From Cyanophora paradoxa CCMP329 (taxonomy: Eukaryota > Plantae > Glaucophyta), in NCBI GenBank assembly GCA_004431415.1, contig QPMI01000679.1, positions 95,197 to 159,196 on the forward strand: a stretch of DNA of 64,000 bases, read 5' to 3'. This document shows, piece after piece, positions 22,339 through 34,821 of this stretch (position 1 is its first letter; each line of letters starts with the position of its first letter). The notes beneath the pieces were generated by a model. The model ran no database searches and was not told the DNA's origin. It saw only the letters and a program-made list of their open reading frames with translations. Made by a program: the position numbers and the translations under genes.

Positions 22339-25300
22339 CTGGGCGCCGATGCTGCTGGATCGCTGGCGCTGGCGCCGGTTCAGCGAAGGGTCCAGCTGCG
22401 AACAGAGAGAGACTTCAGTATGAGCTTGAGCTTGAATAAGAAGAATTCTAAAAAGAATGGCGAGCTCAAGAACAGCAGGATGACGCACCACGTGCATGCA
22501 AAAGCGCCTTCTCGGAAGACGCGGGGCGAGGGGCGGAGATCTGAGGCCGAGAGGCCTGCTCGCGCTCAGCGGGCGGAGTTTGCACCTCCCGGCGCCGGCG
22601 CCGCGGCCGGGGCCGGCGCCGTGCCTGCACCCGCATGCATGTGGGGCTCGAGCTCGAGGCCAGGGATGTGATAAGCTGCAGCTGGCGGCGCGCGGCGCTT
22701 TCGGCGCGACGTCGACCCCGCGGTACCAGCTGCAGATGCGCCCGCCGGGAGCTCAAGCGCGATGGGCGGCGGGTGTACATGCATATGTGAGCTCGAGGCT
22801 GCGGCGACGGGCGCGGCAGCGGCCGCGGCAGCGGCCGTGGGCGACCGCGACGTCGACTGCGGCTGCGGCTGCGGCCCGGAGCTCGGAGCTGGCTCCGCGT
22901 CCCGCGCCGGCGCCGGCGCCGCAGCGCTGCGGGCCGGGCTGCAGCTGGCGCTGGCGCCGGCGCTGGCCGTGGAGGAGGCGCCGCCGGGCTGCAGCTGGCC
23001 GGAGCCGTGCTCCGGACCCGCCGGCGTTGACCCCGAGCTCGAGACCGGGCCGGGCTCGAGCTCGAGTTCGCCGTACGCGTCCGCCTCGGGCGCGGGGGCG
23101 ACGGAGGTGGTGGCAAGCAGCGGCGGTGGCTCCGGCTCCTGCGTGAACGTTCGCAATGAGCGAATGCGATAAATGTGCAGAGAGCACATCTAGCTATAGC
23201 TATAGATATCGATCAGATGGCTTTGCGCTGCCTGGCCATGGCCATGGGCGCGCGCGCGCACCTGATCATGATCATGATCATGATCGATATCCGGCGGCAT
23301 GCGAGGCTGGCCCTGGCGCCGGCCCAGCGTCTGGCCGCGACCGACGCCCTCGAGCTCGCGATCGCGATCGCCCGTGCACGTGCCGCGAGGGGGGCGCCGG
23401 CGCGCTGGCGCTGAGATCGCGATCGGATCCGGATCGGGCTTCGAATTCGCGATTGCTGTCGGCTTCGAATCCGACCGATCGATATCGCGATCGACGTCCC
23501 GATCGCGACGTCCGCGCGAGTGCTGCTGCCGCGCCACCGGTACCGCCGCCGCCGAGGGCGGCGGTCGGCGCGGGCGGCCCCGCGACGGCACCCGCGCCGT
23601 CACTGACTGCACCAAGCGGACGGGCTCTGGATCCGGGTCCGCCGGCGCCGGCGCCGCGGCATATGCACATGTGCACGCATGCACGGCCGGCGCCAAGCGA
23701 GCCTCTCGATCCATAGCCATGGCCAGCCGCACCTGCAAGTCGCGCGCGCCGATCGATAGTTAGCTATATAGCTATAGGTTAGGTTAATGAAACGTTAACG
23801 TTGCATTGGAGGCGACGGGGCCCAAGGCTGCCGCGTGCGGCGCCGAGGCGCTGTGTGCTGCACCTGTCCGTGGCCCAAATGTAGATCCGGAGGGCTAGCC
23901 ACCTGCACGCTGGGGCTGTAGCTGTAGCTAAAGCCAGAGCTCGAGCTGCAGCTGGTCGCGTGCGCGCTTGTCAGGACCATCGGGCTGCAGTAGCTGTAGC
24001 TGGAGCTCGAGCTGGGGGAGGAAGAAGGAGGCAGAGGGGCCCGGGGCGCCGGCGGATCCGGAGATCTAGAGCCAACGTTAACGTTGGCGTTCACGTTGCA
24101 GAATTCGAACCCATGCTGCGCCGGACGCGTTTACGTTAGCGGGAAGCTTAAGTTTAAGCTTGTAATTATAATTGAGGCGAATCAGCTGAAGAATGGGCAG
24201 GGTCGGAGAAATGCACAACGTTATAATTACGTTAACATGAACGTTCGTGCATGTGTCGCACCTGCAGTCGGCCTGCATGCGCAGGTGGGAAGGGAGGGCC
24301 TGCCGCGTTGAATCCATGCACCATATGGCGAGTGGCGGCAGCGGCTGGGGCCGTGGGGAGCGGCCGCGGCCTCCACTGCAGGTGCTCGCGCACGCGGGCG
24401 CTGAGAGTCGACATCGACGGCGCGACCGAGGTCGCCGGGGCTGGCGCCGGCGCCGGCCACGGCGCAGGCTGGGCGTGTACATATGCACACGTCCCGGCGG
24501 CCGCCCGACCTTGATCATGATCATGATCATGAAGACGCAGCTGACCAAGAATGTGGAACCCAGCTGCATGCGCAGCTGCGGCCGCCCCCTCTCCTTCCGG
24601 GTCCACCCCCGCCGGAGCTTCCTGGATGCAGCTCGCGATCGTCGATGTCTCCGCTTTGGTGCCCTCCGAGTGCGAGAAGCTGGGGATCCCGTGTTCCTCC
24701 GCGGCGCCGGCTGCACGTGCACCCGTCCACGGCCAGCAGCTGCGGCTGCCCGCGGCCCCGGCCGCGCCCGCGGTACCGGTAACGAGTGTTCGCCGCAACG
24801 AGCTCGAGATAAGATGCAGATATTTAAATGTAAGCGCCGCGGACGCCGGCGGCCGCATGCTTAGATAATTATGTGCGCATGCGCACCTGCATCGCGATCG
24901 GCTCGAGGTAGAAGAAGCCCAGCGGTCCCTGCAGCTGCGCCTGCAGCCGCGCCTGCATTCGCGCGAGCTCGCCATGGCCATCGATCCCGATCGCGAGCGG
25001 CGTCGGCGCCAATGTCCCCTGCGGCGCGCCTCCGGATCCGGACGTCGATCCGGATCCCGCCACGGCCGCGGATTGCAATTGATCGTGGTCATCACCGCGT
25101 TCATGATCAGGAACTCCCCGCTGGTTCGACTCCGCATGCGGCGCAGCCTGCGTGTACGTATACGCGCGCGACGCCCGTCAGATTAAACTCGAGCTCGAAT
25201 TTCACAACGTGCACCCGTGCATGCACGTTTAAGCTTAATATAAGGGACGATCGAACGCACCCCCGAGTTGTACACCTCGCGAGCGACGTCGCGATCGATA

Positions 25301-26142
25301 TCGGGCGCGTACGTATACGGGGCCTCGAGCTCGAGCTCGAGCTCGGGGAGCAGCTGCAGTCCATGGAGATCGAGAGAGCCCGACGTGTCCATTGCAATTG
25401 GCCAGCTGCAGGTATCCTCCGCGGTCGAATCCGGCGGCGGGAAGCTTGAAGCGCACGCGGCTCCGGTGCCGCGGCCGGCGCCCGCCGCGGCGCGGAGCTG
25501 ATCATGAATTCGATGCTGCTTCATGTTCAGCGCCAGCTGCAGCTGCGGGTCCAGTTCGTCGCCGCCGAGATCGCGATCCCGACCGCCATCGATGTCCAGG
25601 CCCAAGTCGAGGTCGGGCTCGAGCTCTAGATTTAGATCCATGTCGACCTCCTGCAGCTGCCCCTGCGATCCGTACACGTAGGCCCCTTCGAATTCGAATT
25701 CCGCGTTGTCTCTGCGAGGTCCCGGGCCGGGCCGGGCGTTAGCTGCGGGCACGGACGAGCCTCGCGATCGAATGCGAATGTAAATGCGCCGATCGGGGAT
25801 CTAGATCTAGATCTAGAGCGGAGGGCGGGGGCTCACTCAAGCTCCATCGGCCTGCCACGCTTGAGACTGGCCGCGCTGACGGGGGCCTGCGTGTGGCGAT
25901 CGCGATCGTGGGAGATCCCGCGCGGCCGGACGTCGACTCCGGATCCGTCGCCAGCGCTAGCCGCACTTGCAGCCGCAAATGGAGCGAGCGTTTCGAAAGC
26001 GTCCGTAGGCGAGTCCGAAGGCGCTGCTGACGGTGCGCCATGCGCATTCCCGTGCTCTTCAATTTCTAAGGCTACACCCGCCGGACCGCGGCCGGTAGAA
26101 AGGCAGGTGCCGGCCGGCGCCGGCGCCGGCAACAACGGCCGC

Positions 26143-26205
<63 letters not shown>

Positions 26206-29177
26206 AGTCCACGCGCCGAAGACTCGCGGCGCGAGCGGGCGCGGCCACTCTGCCCTTTCCCCGAATCCCGTGAGTTCATGGTGGTTTCCGATATCGATGG
26301 GATCCTTGGGTCGTCAATCCGACTCGTTTGCTTGAACGCTGACCTGGTGCATGCAAAAAGCAGGTCAACGTTTACGTCAAGCGCCTGGCCATGGCGGGCT
26401 GCGCGCGTGGCTCGAGCTCACCGACCTCAAAAACATTCCATGATTATGATCCAGGTGTCCGGAATATGGCCCGACCATTAATATCCCTTCTGCCGACCGG
26501 AATTTCATGTCGGCTGGGAGAAGTGAACGCTAAGGTGATCATGATTGCACCTAGGCCTTTTTCTGCATACCTTTACTCGCGTATCCAAAGGCAGAAGTCG
26601 GCTGCGCGCGGCGCCAATTGCAATTGCAATGTCGCGAGCTCCGCAGGCTGCAGCGAATTCGGATCTAAGATGCACAGGCGCCGAAAATGAAAGGGATTAA
26701 TATTGAGGCGAATCACGCACGGAGGTCGTGTTTGCTTCCTTGCTGGAGCCCGACTGGTCATGAACGATGGGCACCGATATCCATTGCCATGGTGCACGTG
26801 ATGCGAGGAGTTGGCCACTTGTGCAGATGGACCACGGCTGGGCGCGGCCTCAAGCTCCAGATCTCCTGATACCGTCGATCGCGATATCGCAACCGTGGCC
26901 ATGACCGGCTATGAATTCGGAGTGAATGCTGCACTGCTTCGAATCCACAAACTAATTATAAAGATGCTCGCGATCGGTCGGCCTGCAGCTGGCCATGGGC
27001 GCGCATATCTGGATAAACGGGACGTCAATATATATACGTATATACGTGTGCCGCATGCGCAGCACTGCGCATGCGGATCCGGATACCTTGTGCATGGTAG
27101 ATTCGAATTCAACAATAACGGTTACCTTGAGACGACGTCGACCACGTGTACGTGCACAGCAGAGGCAGAGTCTAGTTCTCCCGCGCTGTGCACGTGGCAA
27201 CGTCAACCGCAATCGTCGACGTCAGTCCTGCAGAGAGACGCGTGCACGTGCAGACACGATTGCAAAGAACGCGAACCTAGGCCTGTGGTCGCACACGATC
27301 TAGGCGCGGTAGGCCTATAGCTAGAGGTCGCGATTGCAATCAGTTCTTGCAATTGATTAATTGCAAAGCGGAAGGCCCGTCCGCGCGGAGGCCAGGTGCA
27401 CGGCGGATGCCGAATCCCACGGACTATATATGGCCAGCTGCAGTATACTCGTGAGTGCTGCACGACGTGGAACGATCCAACATGTAGCTGCAGGCGCTGC
27501 TAGCTATAGGCGTTGCGCTCCATTTTGCAATTTGCTAATTGCATTCGAAATTCTAGATCTTAGGCCGCAACCGAGACCGTCGGACGTGTCATGGCCTTTC
27601 AGTTCGAATATCAAGGACTCCTAGGTCTAATGGTATACGTAACCATGAACTTCGGAAGGATCATGCAAGCTGCAGCTACAGCTGCAGCTGTGAGCTGGCG
27701 AGAAGCGGGCTGTACATGTGACCGGCACTCCAGCTATAGATCTGCAGCTGGTACGGTTCCATACGCGCGGCGATTGCAAGACCGATGATCGATCGCGGGC
27801 AATTGCAATCGATATCGCGAGCCGAGCCGATCGCGACTAGGCGATTCCGAAGTTCCAACCGCAGCGACTGATCCTGCAGCTGACACCGACGTTGACCGAC
27901 GCCGAGCTCAGCGGCTCGACTCTCTCGGAGAGCTCGTGGTCGGGCGCGACGCGCAACGCCGTACTACGTGCGCCTGCGTATACGTATACGTATATATACG
28001 CGTGGCGCTGCTGGCGCACTGCGGGAGCTTACCGTAGTACAGCTGGAAGAATTTTACTACTCAGTTAATATTAATTCCACTGTCCGTTCCCACAGTCGAG
28101 CTGGGCCACAGATCTATAGCTAGCTGGCTCTGCAGACTCTGACTGAGATCATCATCAGCAGGCTGACAGCAGCAGATGTGCTGTAAACGGTAGACTCCCA
28201 CAGGGGTAGCCCACCAAACTCGATTATTCACGCTGTTTTGCTTCATAAATTCACGCGCAATTTTAATTTAAATCTCTACGTGAGATCGACATGCATATAT
28301 ATATACACGTGGTATATATATGATGATGACAATTAATATTGATATATATTTGATCTGATCGATATATCGCGATCGATTAATTTGAATTTCGACAACCGGC
28401 CATGCAGCGCCCGGCGGCCGCGCGCGGGCCCGGCGGCCGGCCGAACGGCGACGGGCCGCGGCGACGGCGCCGGCGGCGCGGCAGTGCGGCGGCACTGCGG
28501 CATGTGCGGCGGGCCGCATCATGGGCCGATTCATGGCCCGCATGGCTTAAAATAGCCTTTCCTAACCCTAGGCCCCTAGCTAGTAGCTAGTACTACGGTA
28601 TAGAGTCCTATAGACGTTGCACTTGGCAAGTTCAATGGCAACTTGGCAATGCTACCTTGGTAGACGTCACGTCAGTGACGTCACTGAGTCAGCGTCACGT
28701 CACGGCGTTGTTGTACCGGTCGCTGCAGCTGACTCAGTGAGGCCGTTGCAATTGCCTCCATGGCCAACTCTCAAGAGTCCGCCGCGCCGGTCTAGATCTA
28801 GATCTCTGACGGCGACTCGTCGGCGAGGCCTACATTGTTATATAGGCTACATGGCTATATATATGATGATCGGATCGCTCATCATCATCCGAATGATCGG
28901 ATGATCCTGGGCCTGCATATTTATGCACATGCTACAGTGATATCGATCATGATCATGAACGGGCCCGGCCCGGCCGCGCGCGGGGTCAGATCTACTAGGC
29001 TAAATGGGGCCGCGCCGGCCGGGCCCATTGCCCACGCCAGCCTGGCAGGCCGGCGCCGGCCGCGCCGCGCGACCGCGTCGGACGTAAACGACCGTCAGAA
29101 GACTAGCTATAGCTAGTACTAGTACCGTAGTAGTACTGCGGAGCCGGCTCGAATTTGCCTCGAAAACCTACGCGAAT
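22339..29177. repeat. Copy 2 of the tandem segmental duplication (interrupted at 29178 by the Harbinger element)
   Basis: ORF track repeats at an offset of 7512-7513; junction ..ccccctc|ctgggcgccgatg versus tgcaag|ctgggcgccgatg at 14827. Confidence 0.95.
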
Positions 29178-29197
29178 ACGAGCCTTCTCATTGCTCG

Positions 29198-29341
29198 GCG
29201 ATCGCTTTGTGTTCGGCGCCATACCCAGCGAGTCCGACCTCTAACAAAGAGCTGCTGGGCCGGCGATCGCTTCTGGGTTCTCAGTTCTAACGGTCGCCGC
29301 GGGCTTGACGTCCACCGCCTTCTCATTGGCCAAGCGATCGC
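29198..29341. promoter_or_regulatory. Left subterminal cluster of palindromic GCGATCGC motifs (29198, 29263, 29334)
   Basis: Three copies within 165 bp of the left TIR; the third lies in an internal TIR-like copy (gccttctcattggccaagcgatcgct). Role as Myb-like protein binding sites is inferred. Confidence 0.6.
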
Positions 29342-29638
29342 TGAACTTGGATGAATGGGCAATAGGTGGTAGCCAGGTGCTGCTTGACCCCCGGTTTCTG
29401 GGCGGCGCGATCGAGGGAGTTCCTGGACACGGTTTTACTTTTACAAGCTGTGCGGAATGCATGCTCGTTGCTTTGGCGAAGAAGCGTGGTCGCTCTGGGG
29501 AGTTCTCGCGAGTGCTGGTGTTCTTCTTGGGGTACAGCTACCCCGCCAATTACCTGTACCCAGAGGAGCGCCAACGTACACTTTCAGAGCGTCCAGAGCG
29601 CCAGATACGGCATCGCATTCGCATGCTTCACGAAGGAC

Positions 29639-31508
29639 ATGGAGTTCCGTCTGCCGCCCGACCCGTTCGGGCCACCGGGACAGCCGCCTGCGCCAGCGCG
29701 GCCGTCTGAGCTTCCAGCTCCGACCTGGTGGGTTGCTGTGCTTTGAACATGCTTCTTGCTTCTTACTTGTGTCAGGCGACCGCCGGCTCCGCCGCCTCTT
29801 CGGGCCGCGCCACAAGTTCACGGGTTGAACATGCCCTCGCTCGCAGCCTCATTCAGTGCGCCCCGTACGACTTCAGTGTGCGTGAAGAACCTTTGTTTTC
29901 ACAGTTCCGCCTCATCCGGTCGCGCCCGACTGCTGTAGCTAACTTCGTCGCCGCAGTGCCGTTGCCGTTTCCATCGCTTCTGGGGCCGCCGGGCCAGAAC
30001 ATCTGGCTCGAGAAACGTGCGCTTTTGCATGCTTGACTCGCCGGTTCGCTTAAACGCGACCGCAGGCGTCCAGTCGGGCCGTCCGTGGGGAACAAGGCCG
30101 TCCCACTTGTCGCCCAGAGCTCAGTACATGGCGCCCCGTGCGCATCTCCGTGCTCCGCGTTTGTGTTTGCCATGCTTATAATGATGTTCCGCAGCGCTCC
30201 TGGCGCCCCTGCGCCGTCACTTGCTCCGCTTGCGAAGTGGGTTCTTTCCCATTTAAGCTCTTCTCTTGCACGGTTTTGCGCTGACGCGTTCGCCGGCAGG
30301 CGGGCGAAGAGCGATGACAAAGGAGCCAAGTCAGTTGCTTTCCGGTACTTTTGTCCCGACTTCCACCCTGTTCCTCGATGCACAGCCTTACTCTTCTTCC
30401 TTTTCCTTTTCACAGGTGTGACTGGATGGGCTTTCCGGCGGCTGTTACTCTCATGATCAGCTGCATCGTCGATATCGGATTGGAACTGAGGCTCAAGGAT
30501 ACCGCCAGGAACACTGTCGAAACAGATCATGTCACCCAAGCTTTCAACAAGTTTCTTGCCCAAGGTGTCCTGGTACGCTGACACGGTTGCATTTTCTTCA
30601 AGGCTTTGTCTCTGACATGCTTCCCAGCGGGACAACATCAGGCCCTTCGTCCTGGATTTGCAGGGGCTAGACATGTCGGCAGGGCGCACGAAGTTCCTCC
30701 GCAGGTGGCAGAAGGTGGTCAAGTACTACCGCATCTACAACGAAGCAGAGAAGAGCGGAAAGAAGCTCACAGATGCAGATTTCCCGTTGAACTTCCAGCT
30801 CACACCACAAGACTACATGGTACCCGTCCTGCTCTGCTCCCGACAGCGTGTTCTGGCTGATCACGACGTGATACACTAGAAAGTCAAGCCCTATCTTGAT
30901 GGTGCGCCAGAGGAGAACCCACATTACTCAATGGAGTCCGATGGAGATCGGGTTTGCGAAGATTGTGTTTTAATTCCGTACCCCCCCGTTGACTTTTTCT
31001 GCAGGATCTTCACCCAGTACCGGCTTCATGGCTCCCCTCCTCACAGCTGCAGGAGGAGGGGTCAAGCTCGAGGTGTGCACTGTCTTCCTTTCTTCTATCT
31101 CTACTGCTGCATGCCTTCAACTGATTTTCTTGCAGTTCCAGCCCCGCAAAGCCGGGGCGCCCGCCCAGGCCTGGCGAGGGGATTGCGAAGTCGCAAATCA
31201 ACAAGCGCAACCCAACTCAGGTGGCAGCTGAGGGGATGTCAAAGCTTTCAGCCAGTGTTGACCGGGTTGGAGATCAGCTCAGCCGCAGCAATGAACTTCG
31301 TGAACGGGCAGCCGAAGAGCGGGCGGCGGAGGCTAGGGAACGGGCAAAGTTCCGTCGGTTTCTGGTGCATTCTGCAACTGCTATACTCTTGCTCAGTTCT
31401 TTCTTTATTTTACCCACACAGATGGAGCAAGCTAAGAAGAAGGAGGGGCTGGACAAGCGTCCCCGTGAGCCGGGCCCAGACTCGGACCAGGAGGGGACGC
31501 TATCCTAA
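29639..31508 (+). CDS. Harbinger Myb/SANT-like (trihelix) DNA-binding protein, multi-exon
   Basis: Pro-rich start MEFRLPPDPFGPPGQPP; core CDWMGFPAAVTLMISCIVDIGLE..GRTKFLRRWQKVVKYYRIYNEAEKSGK resembles helices 1 and 3 of trihelix/MADF domains; coiled-coil C-terminus SNELRERAAEERAAEARERAK; TAA ending at 31508. Identity partly inferred from context; N-terminal exons uncertain. Confidence 0.7.
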
Positions 31509-31521
31509 CCACTGGAGGCCG

Positions 31522-33154
31522 CTACTGGAGGCCGTACAGGTGGTCCACCTGCCAGTCCCGCTCGGCCTTCGCCTCATTCTGCTCAGCTTGGTTGGGGGGG
31601 GCGTGCCCCTGTGCTGCTCCGCCCGGTGCGTCTCCCTCAGCAGCCTGGTCCAGCGGCCACACATCGTCTCCCAGCTCACAGACGTTGTGCAGTAGGAAGC
31701 ACACCTGTTCCGATGCATGTCACATATCAATCTGAAGTGCACGGTTGGTGCTTACATAGATAGTTTGGCACGCCCGACCAAGGTTCTTGCGGTTGATCCC
31801 GGCTTCAAGCTCGAGCCATCTCATCTTCAATCTTCCAAATGCTCGCTCGATGACCTTCCTGCACATTGAATGCACGAAATCAAAGTTTCTTTTTGCCAGA
31901 CCGAGGCCACCAACAATATCTGGTGGCATTTGGTCAGAACCCTTGCTGTACCCCCCCCCTTCTGTAGTACATGTGCCTCACCGTGAATGCTGTGTGGGGG
32001 AATGCATCCCTTCTCCATGCGGTACCCTCGATCAACAAGCCTGTAATCACCGTCGCTATAGATCATGTTCCGCCCCTTGTGAAGTCTTGAGTTGTCATAC
32101 ACCCTCTGATCGTGCACGCTCCCTGGATATTTAATGCTCACCTGCTTTCTCATTAGGGCGCAGTACTTGCACTCTTTCAACTCACTCACATCATTAAAAA
32201 CACCATTTGCATTGCAGGCTGCTTGAACATTCAGAGACTTCCTTCCTTTGCGACTGAAGAACTTCGTCCGATGCTGCTGAGGAGGGTTCTCGATCACGAT
32301 AAGGGTTCCATCTGAAACAAATATGCATGTCACAATGTACTCGGCACATTGCCTTCGCAAAAAAAATGCTTGCCGACAGCTCCGACACACTTGGTGAAAC
32401 CTGTCGCATAGAAGTTCCTTTTGTTCCAGTACTTTGCCAGACTCTCAAATCCAGCTCGAGCCCTGGCCTTCTGCTCTGGGGTACGCGGGAAAAGATCTTG
32501 CATATGTGTCTTTCGAAACATCTCACATATGGCTGCCTGCGTGCGGGAAAGCGCTGCAGTCGAACAACACAGTGAGGATCAAATTAAATACAGAATCGAG
32601 GTACCTCACTGAAATCAGCAAACTCACCCTCAGCAATGAAGCCCTGAGATACAGGGAAGTCTCCTTGGAGTGCTTCATAGCCTGTCCGCTGGCCAAGACG
32701 CCTCAGTGTGATTGCAAGCTGCAGTTCCACGGATTGCTGAGCAACATTCCCCCTGGACTTGTATACCCAGCTGTGCTGGATTCGATCGTGAATATACGTG
32801 AAGGTCGTCACGGTCATGCGAAAAGCCCAGAAGAATTTGGCATCGTAGTCGCCTGCGAACGAAGGCTTTTTTTTGAGGGGGGAGGAACTTGGGAGAGCTA
32901 CGCGCAGCCAACGCACCATCCACGATGCGATCAATCATCTCATGCCACCATGTGTGCATTCGCGGCTGGCGGGGACGCCTCGCCTGCGCCAGAAGCTCCG
33001 CCGCCGTAGCCGCGGCTTCAGCGATCACACCGGCGGCCTCCTCCTCGAGCTCCATAGCATCGTCCTCGTCATCATCATCGTCATCGTCGTCTAGTTCCGC
33101 TTTCGCCAGCTCGAAAAGCTCATCCAGATCGGCGTTCAGCAGCGCGTCCCCCAT
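31522..33154 (-). CDS. PIF/Harbinger DDE transposase (HARBI1/DDE_Tnp_4-like), multi-exon
   Basis: FFWAFRMTVTTF; SVELQLAITLRRLG; GFTKCVGAV(D)GTLIVI; FFSRKGRKSLNVQAACN; YPGSVHDQRVY; LVDRGY; HSMCRKVIERAFGRLKMRW; VCFLLHNVC. All three catalytic residues present. ATG at 33154. Confidence 0.95.
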
Positions 33155-33438
33155 CGCCGTCACGCGAGATCTGGTATCCCTCGCGGCCGCGGTGGGCTCC
33201 TCGGTCTTTGCTGTCGTTCTTCGGTCGTTCTTCGCGCCCTCACTTACCTCTTCGTACGGCCTCAGAGCTTCCGAGACGACGACGGCGTTGCTGGCGGTGG
33301 GCCGCGGTCGTGTGTGTGCTGGACAAGGGAGGCTTCGCTGGAAACAGGACGCCGTCGTTTCGGCGGAAAATCTCTTGCATTAGCACACAACACAACTACA
33401 ATGAGTTTCACATCGCCCAATAAATCTCTCCGACTAGA

Positions 33439-33673
33439 TACTATCGAGGACCGTCGTATGCTGTGCTTTAGAAAGTACAAAATGAACGAAAGGTTTGAAG
33501 GTTTCGTGTCTAGATATCTAGCTAAGGAGGTTTCTAACTAATACTAATGATGTGGATGTGTACTACTATCGAGGACCGTCGTATGCTGTGCTTTAGAAAG
33601 TACAAAATGAACGAAAGGTTTGAAGGTTTCGTGTCTAGATATCTAGCTAAGGAGGTTTCTAACTAATACTAAT
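33439..33673. repeat. Perfect ~110-bp direct repeat (period 125) upstream of the transposase
   Basis: tactatcgaggaccgtcgtatg...gtttctaactaatactaat at 33439-33548 and 33564-33673, AT-rich. Confidence 0.95.
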
Positions 33674-34332
33674 ACTAATACTACTAATACGACTGTCGTT
33701 TCGGCGACACAAACCCCCACTACAACGGCGCGGGTCGCGGTGCATCCCTTCCTGTCTGTCCGCTCTCACGCAGCCAACCGCCACTCATTCTTTCCTGCAC
33801 GGCCACCTCATCTGCCGTCAGGCTTTCACGGCGGTGAGCTCGACAGCATCGTCTCTTGCGCCCATCTGACGTGTCTCCGGTGCGCGGGCTGCGCTGGGGC
33901 CCGACTCTGTCCGCGCGCGCGCCGTGCTCAGCCCCGCGGCGCCACGCCCGCCCCGCAGGCGACTTCGCCGCGCCCGCGCACGCGAGGAGTACACATCGCT
34001 CGCTTCATCGGCTCACCCGCGGCGCCGGCGGCGCGCTAGCTACACGCTTTCGCTTGTCCGAGGTTCACATCATCGAATTCTGCAGCCGTCGCCCCTTCCT
34101 CGGCCGCTGTAAGGCGGCGCGCAGGGATTCGATCTCTCAACCATGGCGTCGCCCGGCGGGCCCAGCGCAAGCAGCTCTGAGTCAGTAGGTACGTCCCGGA
34201 ACCGCCCTCGGACCTGCCTGGGCGCGCTTTCTTCCGATCCTTCTAAAAAGCGTGTTTTCGGAGCGAAATTTTGGCACTATGTTCACTATGCCCGCCGGCC
34301 GTGGGCTCGGATCTGGCCGGGGCCTTTTTCAA

Positions 34333-34451
34333 GCGATCGCCGGCGCCGCGTCCGTCGTCCGACGGTTCGCGCTGGCGATCGCCCCGGAGTACTCGGTACC
34401 AGGGCCTAGCGATCGCCGGAGCGATGAGAAGGCTCTCTGACCGGCGATCGC
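34333..34451. promoter_or_regulatory. Right subterminal GCGATCGC motifs (34333, 34375, 34409) plus one just outside the TIR (34444)
   Basis: Read directly; repeated in each array unit. Function inferred. Confidence 0.6.
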
Positions 34452-34821
34452 TTGCGCAGGAGCTGCTTCAAGTTCGTCGCACCAGCCAACGCCAACGCCT
34501 GCAGTGCGTGCCCGCCTCCCGTAGCGCTGCGAGCTTGCTCGCATAGAGATTCTCTATTCAATTGGATCGCTAGATCTGCCCGCGCATAGAGCCTTCTCAT
34601 TGCTCGGCGATCGCTTTGTGTTCGGCGCCATACCCAGCGAGTCCGACCTCTAACAAAGAGCTGCTGGGCCGGCGATCGCTTCTGGGTTCTCAGTTCTAAC
34701 GGTCGCCGCGGGCTTGACGTCCACCGCCTTCTCATTGGCCAAGCGATCGCTGCTTTTCGGTGTCTTATGCCCGACTGCGCAGCATGTCGACCCCAGGAGC
34801 ACACTCTTTGGGGAGGAAGAG

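Larger units (their letters stand above)
29180..34435. mobile_element. Putatively autonomous PIF/Harbinger DNA transposon (5256 bp)
   Basis: TIRs GAGCCTTCTCATTGCTC-GGCGATCGCT (29180) and AGCGATCGCCGGAGCGATGAGAAGGCTC (ending 34435); convergent transposase and Myb/SANT-like genes, the two-gene layout of this superfamily; empty site at 21664/21665 delimits it. Confidence 0.92.

Noticed and set aside
13400-29177. Restriction-site clusters suggesting synthetic polylinker contamination
   Set aside because: Palindromes are spread over many kilobases and into host introns, and arise as indels between natural duplicates; no vector features seen.
29853-30722. 289-aa minus-strand ORF as a third transposon gene
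   Set aside because: Antisense to the spliced Myb-like gene, crosses its introns and has no recognisable motif.
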